NCBI GenBank assembly: GCA_033762915.1
Contig: JANRLD010000042.1
Coordinates: 64,001-128,000 of the forward strand
Length of the DNA: 64,000 bases
Reading direction: 5' to 3'
Source: Meiothermus sp.
Lineage (GTDB): Bacteria; Deinococcota; Deinococci; Deinococcales; Thermaceae
Of this stretch, positions 55,607 through 64,000 are shown one piece after another (positions within the stretch are counted from its first letter, which is position 1; each line of letters starts with the position of its first letter). Below the pieces are notes generated by a model. The model had not been told where the DNA came from. It was given only the letters and a program-made list of their open reading frames with translations, and did no database searches. Position numbers and translations under genes: made by a program.

Positions 55607-56653
55607 ATGAGTACCTCTAACCCAATAAAAACAGGAAAGCCCTTGGGCCTGGCTCTGGTCGGGGCTGGGCGGATGGGGTGGATTTTTGCCAGGGCCGTGC
55701 ACGGGCTGATCGACGAGGCGCGGCTGCGCTGGGTGGTCAGCCGAGGCGAGGCGGGCGCACGGAAGATGGGCGAAGCCTTCGGCTGCAACTTCGGCACCGA
55801 GGTCGGGGCGGCGCTGTCAGATCCTGCGGTGGACGCGGTGATCATCGCCACCACCACGCCCTCGCACGCCGAGTACGCCGTGGCCTGCGCCGAGGCCGGC
55901 AAGCCCTACTTCGTCGAGAAGCCCATCGCGGACTCCTTGGAAAACGGCCGCCGGATGGTGCAGGCCACCGAGCGGGCGGGTGTGCCCAGCATGGTCGGGT
56001 TTCACCGCCGATTCGACCCCGCCTATGTGCTGGCCAAAGCCGAGATAGAAGCGGGGAACTTGGGTAAGCTCGAGATTTTCCGCTCGATCTCGCGCGACCC
56101 CGATTTGGGAATCTCGAGCCTCGAGTTTCACCTAACCAGCGGCGGGTTGATTGTCGATTTGGGCGTGCATGACATGGACTTGGCCCGGTGGTTTATGGGC
56201 GAGGTAAGCGAGGTGGTGGCGTGGGGCGGGGCCCTGGCCGATCCCAGCTTGGCCCAGCACAACCTGCACGATACCGCGGTGGCGATGCTCAAGTTTGAAA
56301 ACGGCGGTTTTGGTACGGTGGAGATGGCCCGCCGCACCGCGTACGGCCACGAGGTGCGCACCGAAGTTTTGGGTGAAAGAGGCAAGGTAGACATTGAGCG
56401 CGACCAGCGCGGCGACCTACGCCTCTACGGCGCAGCGGGCGGGCAGTTCGACCGCGCCCGGGGCTTTGAGGAGCGTTTCGCCGAGGCCTACCGGGCCGAG
56501 ATTGCCGCCTTTGTGCGGGGTCTGCGGAGCGGTCAAGCCCTGACCCCCAGCATTCGCGACGGCTGGTATTCGCTGCGTCTTGCGGCCGCCGCGCAGCATG
56601 CCCTTTCTACAGGTCGGGTGGTGAAGGTCAACGAGTTTGGAGGGGAGTTGTGA
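55607..56653 (+). CDS. Gfo/Idh/MocA inositol dehydrogenase-like protein (paralogue 2)
   Basis: GAGRMG, VEKP, GFHRRFD, SRDP, DLGVHDMD. Confidence 0.85.
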   Translation: MSTSNPIKTGKPLGLALVGAGRMGWIFARAVHGLIDEARLRWVVSRGEAGARKMGEAFGCNFGTEVGAALSDPAVDAVIIATTTPSHAEYAVACAEAGKPYFVEKPIADSLENGRRMVQATERAGVPSMVGFHRRFDPAYVLAKAEIEAGNLGKLEIFRSISRDPDLGISSLEFHLTSGGLIVDLGVHDMDLARWFMGEVSEVVAWGGALADPSLAQHNLHDTAVAMLKFENGGFGTVEMARRTAYGHEVRTEVLGERGKVDIERDQRGDLRLYGAAGGQFDRARGFEERFAEAYRAEIAAFVRGLRSGQALTPSIRDGWYSLRLAAAAQHALSTGRVVKVNEFGGEL

Positions 56654-56658
56654 TGTCC

Positions 56659-56686
56659 GTAGGGGCGCCACGCGTGGCGCCCCTAG
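56659..56686 (+). repeat. GTAG-type REP-like palindrome
   Basis: GTAGGGGCGCCACGCGTGGCGCCCCTAG just after a stop codon. Confidence 0.65.
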
Positions 56687-56764
56687 GGGTACGACCCCGC
56701 AATTTCATCTGCCCTGACAGCCGTATGATCTCAGGAGAAAAATAACCCAGAAAAGAGGAAACCT

Positions 56765-58645
56765 ATGAACACACAACGGCTTACGGTCGCCCAGGCCATC
56801 GTCTTGTTTCTCGCCAACCAGTACTCCGCCCGCGACGGCAGGCAGGTTCGCATCGTGCCGGGTTTCTGGGCGATCTTCGGGCACGGCAATGTGGCGGGGC
56901 TGGGGCAGGCCCTGGAGGAGATGGGCGACGACCTGCGCATGCCCACCTACCGCCCGCAGAACGAGCAGGCCATGGTGCATCTGGCGGCGGCCTACGCCAA
57001 GCACACCAACCGCATGGCCACCTTCGCCTGCACCGCCTCTATCGGGCCGGGCTCCACTAACATGCTCACCGCCGCCGCTGGGGCCACCATCAACCGCCTG
57101 CCGGTCCTGCTGTTCCCCTCCGACTACTTCGGCAACCGCATCCCCGATCCGGTGTTGCAGCAGCTCGAGCATCCCATCGAGCACGACAGCAGCGTCAACG
57201 ACGCCTTCCGCCTGGTGAGCCGCTTCTACACCCGCGTCACCCGACCCGAGCAGCTCTTGTCGGCGCTGCCCGAGGCCATGCGCGTGCTCACCGACCCGGC
57301 CGAAACGGGCGCCGTCACCATCTCCTTGCCCGAAGACGTGCAGACCGAGGCCTACGACTGGCCCAGCGAGTTCTTCGCCAAACGCGTCTGGCGCATTCGC
57401 CGCCCCGTCCCCGAGCCTGAGGTGCTCACCCAAGTGGCCGACCTCATCAAGAAGGCCAAGCGCCCGCTGATCCTGGCGGGCGGCGGGGTGATGTATGCCG
57501 AGGCCAACGAGGCCCTGGCGCAGTTTGCCCAAACTTTTGGGATTCCCGTCACCGAGTCCCAGGCGGGCAAAGGGGCCATTCCCTGGAACCACCCGATGAA
57601 CATGGGGGCCATCGGCTCGGCGGGCGGGCTGGCGGCCAACATGCTGGCCCAAAGCGCCGACCTGGTGATCGCCATCGGGACGCGCCTGGGCGATTTCGTG
57701 ACGGCCTCCAAGACCGCCTTCCAAAACCCGGCGGTGCGTTTTGTGGGCTTGAACGTGGTGCCCATGGACGCCGCCAAGCTCTCGGGGGTGTCGCTGGTGG
57801 CCGACGCTAGGCGCGGCCTCGAGGCCCTCACCGCGGCCCTGGGGAGCTTCAAAGGCACCTCGGCGGCCTACCAGAAGGAAGCCGCCAAGCTCAAGGCCGA
57901 GTGGGAAAAAATCGTCGGCGAGTACCGCACCCCCCAGCCCAAGAAACCCCGCCTGGCCCAGACCGAGGTGATGGGCATGGTCAACGAGTTCGTGGGGGGC
58001 AAGGCCACCGTCATCTGCGCGGCGGGCAGCATGCCCGGCGACCTGCTCAAGCTCTGGCGGCCCGAAGATCCCAAGGCCTACCACGTCGAGTACGGCTTCT
58101 CCTGCATGGGCTACGAGATCCCTGCGGCGCTCGGGGTCAAGCTGGCCGACCCCAAGCGCGAGGTGGTGGTCTTTATGGGCGACGGGACCTACTTGATGAT
58201 GAACTCCGAGATCGTCACCGCCGTAGCTGAGGGCCTCGAGTTCACCCTGATGCTCATCGACAACAAGGGCTATGGCTCGATCCGCCGCCTGCAGATGGAG
58301 ACCGGTTCGCCCTCCTTCAATAACGAGCTGCGCCACCGCGCCCGCTCGGGCCGTACCGACGGCCCGCCGGTGCAGGTGGACTTCGCCAAGCACGCCGAGT
58401 CGATGGGGGCCAAGGCCTGGCACGTCAAGAGCTACGACGAACTCGAGGCCGCCCTAGCCAAGGCCCGGAAGGCAAAGGGGGTCAAGGTGATCGTGGTTCC
58501 GGTGAGCCTGGACGAGAGCGCTCGGGGCTTCGAGAGCTGGTGGGACGCTCCGATGTCGGAAGTCTCAGAGCGCCCCAAGGTGATTAAGGCCCGCAAGGCC
58601 TACGAGGCCAAAGTCAAGCGGCAGCGGAAGTACTTCAGACCTTGA
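56765..58645 (+). CDS. iolD: 3D-(3,5/4)-trihydroxycyclohexane-1,2-dione acylhydrolase (ThDP-dependent)
   Basis: RLTVAQA, IFGHGNV, NEQAM, SIGPG, DPVLQQLE, EYGFSCMGYE, GDGTYLM. Confidence 0.95.
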   Translation: MNTQRLTVAQAIVLFLANQYSARDGRQVRIVPGFWAIFGHGNVAGLGQALEEMGDDLRMPTYRPQNEQAMVHLAAAYAKHTNRMATFACTASIGPGSTNMLTAAAGATINRLPVLLFPSDYFGNRIPDPVLQQLEHPIEHDSSVNDAFRLVSRFYTRVTRPEQLLSALPEAMRVLTDPAETGAVTISLPEDVQTEAYDWPSEFFAKRVWRIRRPVPEPEVLTQVADLIKKAKRPLILAGGGVMYAEANEALAQFAQTFGIPVTESQAGKGAIPWNHPMNMGAIGSAGGLAANMLAQSADLVIAIGTRLGDFVTASKTAFQNPAVRFVGLNVVPMDAAKLSGVSLVADARRGLEALTAALGSFKGTSAAYQKEAAKLKAEWEKIVGEYRTPQPKKPRLAQTEVMGMVNEFVGGKATVICAAGSMPGDLLKLWRPEDPKAYHVEYGFSCMGYEIPAALGVKLADPKREVVVFMGDGTYLMMNSEIVTAVAEGLEFTLMLIDNKGYGSIRRLQMETGSPSFNNELRHRARSGRTDGPPVQVDFAKHAESMGAKAWHVKSYDELEAALAKARKAKGVKVIVVPVSLDESARGFESWWDAPMSEVSERPKVIKARKAYEAKVKRQRKYFRP

Positions 58646-58679
58646 TGCGGCCGCAAGCCGCAAGCCCGGCCTGCCTTTA

Positions 58680-58721
58680 GCCTGAGGCCTGAGGCCTGAG
58701 ACCTGAGACCTGAGACCTGAG
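58680..58721 (+). repeat. Heptamer tandem repeat (RCCTGAG) x6
   Basis: GCCTGAG x3 then ACCTGAG x3, between iolD and iolE. Confidence 0.9.
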
Positions 58722-58743
58722 ACCTCTTTTCCAGTGAGGAGCC

Positions 58744-59667
58744 ATGAAAGACATTCGTTTAGCCAACGCCCCCTGCTCGTGGGGCACGATCGAGGGCTGG
58801 GGGCAGAGCATTGCCTATGGGCAGATGCTCGATGAGTTGGTGGCCACCGGCTACACGGGAACCGAATTGGGCGACTACGGCTACATGCCCACCGATCCGG
58901 CGCAACTGGCCCAAGAACTCAGGTCGCGCAACCTGACCATGCTTGGGGCTTACGAGGGCGTGTACCTGCGCGACCCCAACACCCACGCCGAGGGCCAGCA
59001 AAAAGTGTTGCGCAATGCGCGACTGCTCAAAAGCGTGGCAGACCCCGGCAGTTTGCCCTTCGTGGTGATTGCCGACGAACACAGCCGCGACGCGCTGCGC
59101 TTCGAGAACGCCGGCCGGGTAAAGCCCGGGATGAGCCTTTCCGAGGCCGACTGGAAGGTGTTTGCCAGGGGTGTGAACCAGATCGCCAAGGCCGTGCACG
59201 ACGAGACCGGCTTGCGCTCGGTGTTTCACCACCACTGCGCGGGGTATGTCGAGGCTCCTTGGGAAATCGAGGAGCTGCTGGGCCGCACCGACTCGAGCTA
59301 CGTGGGTTTGGTGTTTGACACCGGGCACTACCTCTACGGCACCGGGCAAAACGACGGTTCGGCGGTGTTGGAGGCCCTGGAGCGATTCAAGAGCCGCCTG
59401 TGGTACGTCCACTACAAAGACTGCCACCCGACGGTTGCAGCCCAGGCCCGCACCCAAGGCTGGAACTACAAGGAAGCCATTGGACACGGGGTGTTCTGCG
59501 AACTCGGGCAGGGACAGGTGGACTTTACCGCCGTAACCCACAAGCTGCACGAACTCGGCTACAAGGGCTGGATCTGCGTCGAGCAAGACGTGCTGCCCGG
59601 TATGGGCGAGCCCAAGGAAAGTGCGCGGCGCAATCGGGAGCACCTGGCGAGGGTTGCGGGGCTATGA
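58744..59667 (+). CDS. iolE: Myo-inosose-2 dehydratase-like TIM-barrel protein
   Basis: ANAPCSWG, GTELG, FHHH, DTGH, VHYKD, FCELG.G.VDF, VEQD; iol context. Confidence 0.85.
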   Translation: MKDIRLANAPCSWGTIEGWGQSIAYGQMLDELVATGYTGTELGDYGYMPTDPAQLAQELRSRNLTMLGAYEGVYLRDPNTHAEGQQKVLRNARLLKSVADPGSLPFVVIADEHSRDALRFENAGRVKPGMSLSEADWKVFARGVNQIAKAVHDETGLRSVFHHHCAGYVEAPWEIEELLGRTDSSYVGLVFDTGHYLYGTGQNDGSAVLEALERFKSRLWYVHYKDCHPTVAAQARTQGWNYKEAIGHGVFCELGQGQVDFTAVTHKLHELGYKGWICVEQDVLPGMGEPKESARRNREHLARVAGL

Positions 59668-60782
59668 AAAGGCCGAGAGCCGAGCCAAGCCCGAAAGCCG
59701 AGGGCAAAAAGCTCAAAGCCAAAGGCCCGAGGCGAGAAGCTAACGGCAGGAAAAGCCCCGCCGCCCCTGGGGGAGGGGTTCTTTATGACCTGATTACCAT
59801 GGGCCGCTCCTCCATAGACCTGTACTCCAACGACATCGGGGCTGGGTTTCCCGACATCCGCGGGTTCGGGGCCTACATCGGCGGAAGCCCGCTCAACATC
59901 GCGGTGGGGGCCAGTCGGTTGGGGCTCAGGGCGGCGCTGCTGACGGCGGTGGGGGCCGACAAGGTGGGGGAATATCTGCTCGAGCGCCTTCGCCGCGAGC
60001 GGGTGGAAACCAGGTACATCCCCGTCAAAACGGGGACCCGTTCTTCGGCAGTGCTGGTGGGCATTCAGCCCCCCGATAAATTCCCCATCACCTTCTACCG
60101 CGAAAACGCCGCCGACATCCAACTCGGCATTGACGATGTGGCCGGTCTGCCCCTGGACCAGACCAAAGCGGTCCAGCTCTCGGGCGCGGCCCTGGCCAAA
60201 GAGCCCAGCCGCAGCGCGGTGTTTTATCTGGCCGAGCAAGCCAAGGCACGCGGTCTTGCGGTGTTTATGGACCTCGACTTCCGCGCCGACCAGTGGCACG
60301 ACCCCCGCGCCTATGGGCTGGCGGTGCGGGCGATTCTACCGCTGGTGGACGTGGCCATTGGGACCGAGGAAGAGATCAACGCCGCCATGCTGCGCCGCCC
60401 CGAGGATTTGGTCATTCGCGATTCGCAAATCACCGCGCCAGAGATTCACGGCGATGTCGAGGCCAACATCCAGGTGCTGCTCTCCAGGGGGCCTGAGGCG
60501 CTGGTGGTCAAGCGCGGGGCCAAGGGGGCGGACGTGTACTTGCAGGGCGGAGAGCCAATTCGCGTGCCGGGTTTCCCAGTCGAGGTGGTGAGCATTTTGG
60601 GGGCGGGGGACGCCTTCGCGGCCGGCTTTATCTACGGGCGACTGCAGGGCTGGGACTGGTACAAGAGCGCCCGCATGGGCAACGCCTGCGGGGCCATCGT
60701 AGTCACGCGCATCGGCTGCGCCGATTTCACCGCCTACTTGGACGAGGCGCTGGAGTTCATCGAATCCAAGGGGGGGTTTTAG
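59664..60782 (+). CDS. iolC: 5-dehydro-2-deoxygluconokinase
   Basis: DLITMGRSSIDLY, GGSPLNIAVG, FYREN.AD, DLDFR, LGAGDAF. Confidence 0.92.
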   Translation: MKRPRAEPSPKAEGKKLKAKGPRREANGRKSPAAPGGGVLYDLITMGRSSIDLYSNDIGAGFPDIRGFGAYIGGSPLNIAVGASRLGLRAALLTAVGADKVGEYLLERLRRERVETRYIPVKTGTRSSAVLVGIQPPDKFPITFYRENAADIQLGIDDVAGLPLDQTKAVQLSGAALAKEPSRSAVFYLAEQAKARGLAVFMDLDFRADQWHDPRAYGLAVRAILPLVDVAIGTEEEINAAMLRRPEDLVIRDSQITAPEIHGDVEANIQVLLSRGPEALVVKRGAKGADVYLQGGEPIRVPGFPVEVVSILGAGDAFAAGFIYGRLQGWDWYKSARMGNACGAIVVTRIGCADFTAYLDEALEFIESKGGF

Positions 60783-61597
60783 TGTACGTGAGCGACGGGC
60801 GTAAGCTGATTGCCCATGCCTTCCGGCACGGCTACGCGCTGCCCGCGTTCAATTTTTGCAGCCTCGAGATGGCCAAGGGCTGCGTCGAGGCCGCAGAGGA
60901 ATTGGGCGCGCCCGTCATCCTGCAAACCTACCAGAGCGACCTCTCCTTTGCCTCGCCGCGGGTGATGGTGGGCATGGTGCGGGCACTGGCCGAGGACGCC
61001 AGCGTGCCCGTTATGCTCCACCTCGACCACGGCAAGGGTCTGGAGACGGCGGTGGAGTGCCTGCGGGCGGGCTACTCGTCGGTGATGTTTGACGGGGGGT
61101 CGTTGGCTTTCGAGGAAGTGCTGCAGACCACTCGAGCCGTTAGCGCCATCGCCCATGCGGCCGGGGCTTCGCTGGAGGTCTCGGCAGAAAGCTTCAACAA
61201 GGGCGAATCCGAAACCACCAACCCCGAGGAAGCCCTGCGCCTTAAGGAGGCCGGGGCCGATATGGTGGCCTGCTCGGTAGGCTCGGAACACGCGCAGGAA
61301 AGCCGCCTCGATAGGCCGCGCCTGGCCGAAATCGCCAGAACCGTGCAAGGCCCCTTGGTGCTGCACGGCGGCAGCGGCGTTCACCCCGCCGACCTCCGGG
61401 CCGCCCCCAAGCTGGGCGTGGTCAAGGTGAATGTGGGGTCGGCTTCCTATCGGGCGCTGCTATCGGTCTGGCGTGAGCGCTCTGCCGAGCTGCCCAGCCA
61501 CCGCGCCGTCTACACCGAAGCCCGCCAGGCTGTGCGGGAGCAAGCCAAAAAATACATACAACTGCTGGGTGCCGACACCGCCCCGGCCTGGAGGTAG
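60782..61597 (+). CDS. iolJ: Class II fructose-bisphosphate aldolase family (6-phospho-5-dehydro-2-deoxygluconate aldolase-like)
   Basis: YALPAFN, HLDH, SSVMFDG, LVLHGGSG, KVNV; iol context. Confidence 0.75.
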   Translation: MYVSDGRKLIAHAFRHGYALPAFNFCSLEMAKGCVEAAEELGAPVILQTYQSDLSFASPRVMVGMVRALAEDASVPVMLHLDHGKGLETAVECLRAGYSSVMFDGGSLAFEEVLQTTRAVSAIAHAAGASLEVSAESFNKGESETTNPEEALRLKEAGADMVACSVGSEHAQESRLDRPRLAEIARTVQGPLVLHGGSGVHPADLRAAPKLGVVKVNVGSASYRALLSVWRERSAELPSHRAVYTEARQAVREQAKKYIQLLGADTAPAWR

Positions 61598-61599
61598 CC

Positions 61600-62604
61600 G
61601 TGAGCAAATCTTTCGGAGTCGTGTTGCTGGGAGCCGGACGAATGGGCATGGAGCACGCCCGCACCATGCTGGGCATTGCCGAGGCCAAGGTGTTGGCGGT
61701 GGCCGACCCCAACCTGCAAGCCGCCGAGAACGCCAAAAACCTACTGCGGGCCGAGGCCACCTACCCCGACCCCGAAGAGGCCATTAACCACCCGGGCGTT
61801 GAGGCGGTTGTGATCGTCACCCCCACCGACACCCACGCCCACTACATCGAGCGTTCGGCCCGGGCGGGCAAGGCCATCTTTTGCGAGAAGCCCGTGGCCA
61901 AAGACCTCGCCGAGACCCAGCGGGTTTTGCAGATCGTCGAGCAGAATGGCGTGCCGTTCCAGATCGGCTTTAACCGCCGCTACGACCCGCCCTACGCTGC
62001 GGCCAAAAAGAAGATTGACGCAGGGGAGATTGGCCCCGTCGAGCAGTTCATCGATGTGATGCGCGACCCCGCACCCCCGCCGGTCGAATACCTCAAAGGC
62101 TCGGGCGGTATTTTTGTGGACATGTCCATCCACGACATCGATTGCGCGCGGTTCCTGGTGGGCGAGGTGGAGGAGGTGTTGGCCTGGGGGGCGGTGCGCG
62201 TGGACCCCAAGATTGCTGAGGTGGGCGACGTGGACACTGTGAATTTGAGCCTTAAGTTTGCCAACGGGGCGCTGGGGGTGATTCAAAACTCGAGGCGCGC
62301 CGTCTACGGCTACGACATCCGTACGGAGGTCTTTGGCGCGGGCGGCAAGCTGGTGATGGACGCGACCCCCAAGACTCCCCTTTGGCAGTACGACAGCGGC
62401 ATTCGGGGCGACTACTACAGCTTCTTCATGGACAGGTTTAAGGAGGCTTACAAGCTCGAGCTCGAGGCCTTCTTCCGCTGCATTGCGGCCGGTGAAAAGC
62501 CCACCCCCGGGGTCAAGGATGCCATCGAATCCCTCCGCATCGCCTTGGCCGCCACCAAGAGTTTGAAAGAGGGGCGAATCGTGAAGGTGCAGGAGATCAG
62601 CTGA
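61600..62604 (+). CDS. iolG: Inositol 2-dehydrogenase-like protein (paralogue 3)
   Basis: GAGRMG, FCEKP, GFNRRYD, RDP.PPP..Y...SGG.F.DMSIHD, YGYD.R.EVFG. Confidence 0.82.
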   Translation: MSKSFGVVLLGAGRMGMEHARTMLGIAEAKVLAVADPNLQAAENAKNLLRAEATYPDPEEAINHPGVEAVVIVTPTDTHAHYIERSARAGKAIFCEKPVAKDLAETQRVLQIVEQNGVPFQIGFNRRYDPPYAAAKKKIDAGEIGPVEQFIDVMRDPAPPPVEYLKGSGGIFVDMSIHDIDCARFLVGEVEEVLAWGAVRVDPKIAEVGDVDTVNLSLKFANGALGVIQNSRRAVYGYDIRTEVFGAGGKLVMDATPKTPLWQYDSGIRGDYYSFFMDRFKEAYKLELEAFFRCIAAGEKPTPGVKDAIESLRIALAATKSLKEGRIVKVQEIS

Positions 62605-62676
62605 CGGCCCAAAGCCCGAAACCCTGGTCAGGGTCAGCTCTTGACCTTCGGCCCCAGCGCGACCGAAAGGAGCACC

Positions 62677-63507
62677 ATGAACTCACCTAATCACATCAAG
62701 CCCAAAGAGGGCCAGCTCGAGATTAGCCCGGCCTCGGTGGGGTGGCAGTACCTCTCCTTCAGTACGTCCGTGTTGAAGGCGGGTCAGGGCATCTCGGGCA
62801 ATACTGCAGGCGAGGAAGCGGCCTTGGTTCCGCTGTCGGGTGCGATGGAAGTCTCGGTTGAGGGCCGAACCATCCGGCTCGAGCGGAGGGACGTGTTCTC
62901 CGAGCTCCCGACCCTGATCTACATGCCGCCGCGCACCGCCTACACCGTTAAGGCCAGCGCCGACAGCCACCTTGCTCTGGGCAGTGCGCCCGCCGAAGGT
63001 CGCTACCCACTGCGGGTCATCACGCCCGATCAGATCAAGGTCGAGTTGCGCGGCGGGGCCAACGCCACCCGCCAAGTGAGCCACATCCTCGGCCCCGATC
63101 TGCCCGCCGAGCGGCTGCTGCTGTACGAGGTCTACACGCCCTCGGGTTTCTGGTCGGGCTGGCCGCCCCACCGCCACGACGGCTTGAAGGGCTCCTTGTA
63201 CATCGAAGAGACCTACTACTACCGCATCAACCCCTCCGACGCCGGCTGGGCCATCCACCGCAACTATAGCCCCGAACACGGACTTGATGAGCTGCTGCTG
63301 GTGCGGGACGGAGATCTGGTGCTCACCCCGGTGGGCTATCACCCGGTTTCGGCCCCCCCGGGTTCCAACGTCTACTACCTCAACTACATGGCCGGTGAAG
63401 CCCAAAACGAGCAACGCTCCATCGCCCCGGTCGACGACGCCGACTGGGCCTGGATGCGCCAGGACTGGGGCGGCAAGCCCATGAAGATTCCTTTCGGAAG
63501 AGAATGA
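62677..63507 (+). CDS. iolB: 5-deoxy-glucuronate isomerase
   Basis: EVYTP.G.WS..PPHRHD, EETYYY, GYHP, YYLN.MAG. Confidence 0.92.
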   Translation: MNSPNHIKPKEGQLEISPASVGWQYLSFSTSVLKAGQGISGNTAGEEAALVPLSGAMEVSVEGRTIRLERRDVFSELPTLIYMPPRTAYTVKASADSHLALGSAPAEGRYPLRVITPDQIKVELRGGANATRQVSHILGPDLPAERLLLYEVYTPSGFWSGWPPHRHDGLKGSLYIEETYYYRINPSDAGWAIHRNYSPEHGLDELLLVRDGDLVLTPVGYHPVSAPPGSNVYYLNYMAGEAQNEQRSIAPVDDADWAWMRQDWGGKPMKIPFGRE

Positions 63508-64000
63508 AGACCGAAACCCGCCGCAGCGAGATAATTCGCCTGCTCGAGCAAAAGGGCTCGGTGCAGGTGGACGATTTGGTGGCGCAATTCGAGGTCAGCC
63601 ATGTCACCATCCGCAAAGACCTGACCGAACTCGAGGGGCGCGGCCTGTTGCGCCGCACCCACGGCGGGGCCACCTATGCGCATAAGAGCCTGTTTAACCC
63701 CTCATTCGGGGAGAAAGTTAATCTGCAGCAGGCCGAGAAGCGGGCCATTGCTGAGGCCGCCCTCAAGCACATCGAAGAGGGCGATACGCTGATTCTGGGT
63801 GCGGGCAGTACGGTCTTGACCCTGGCTCGCTTAATGAAAAACCAATTTCGCTCCTTGTACATCATCACCAACTCGGTGCCCATCGCGGTCGAGCTGGTAG
63901 ATACCCGCTGGGACATCTTGCTCACCGGAGGTCAGGTGCGCCAACACAGCATGGCCCTGATTGGGCCGGCGGCAGCGCGCAACCTCGAGTCTTACTACGC
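63504..64000 (+). CDS. DeoR/GlpR-family regulator, 3'-truncated by the window edge (absent from the ORF track)
   Basis: ATGA overlap with iolB; MKTETRRSEII...FEVSHVTIRKDL..LE..G.LRRTHGGA, EKRAIA, ITNS. Confidence 0.92.
   Translation, partial: MKTETRRSEIIRLLEQKGSVQVDDLVAQFEVSHVTIRKDLTELEGRGLLRRTHGGATYAHKSLFNPSFGEKVNLQQAEKRAIAEAALKHIEEGDTLILGAGSTVLTLARLMKNQFRSLYIITNSVPIAVELVDTRWDILLTGGQVRQHSMALIGPAAARNLESYY

Overview
GC-rich bacterial chromosome segment, most likely Deinococcota, Meiothermus/Thermus group (Thermus-type RpoZ starting MAEPGID, monofunctional proline dehydrogenase, leaderless TAnnnT-N6-ATG start). 1-23 kb is a phosphorus-scavenging island: ABC permease end, protein-tyrosine-phosphatase-like gene, a satellite phnCDE-phnM unit, PhoX plus a Rieske protein, an orphan PstS, a choice-of-anchor-I protein, a C-P lyase operon (phnCDEGHIJK-acetyltransferase-phnL-phnM) and a divergent TIM-barrel gene. 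24-45 kb holds three catabolic clusters of unknown substrate, two of them partly decayed. 45-54 kb has a proline-utilisation operon split by a glycoside hydrolase, rpoZ and a secreted protein. 54-64 kb is a myo-inositol (iol) operon. The main finding is that PhnJ contains no cysteine at all: the four Cys needed for canonical radical C-P cleavage are replaced while the operon is otherwise intact. Other findings are a circularly permuted choice-of-anchor-I protein, a TGAC-repeat Pho-box-like promoter at six sites, about ten copies of a modular nesting MITE, strong CTCGAG over-representation and a duplicated pruA start marking a gene insertion. No rRNA, tRNA, CRISPR array or transposase was recognised. 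All homology calls come from motif recognition, not database searches.
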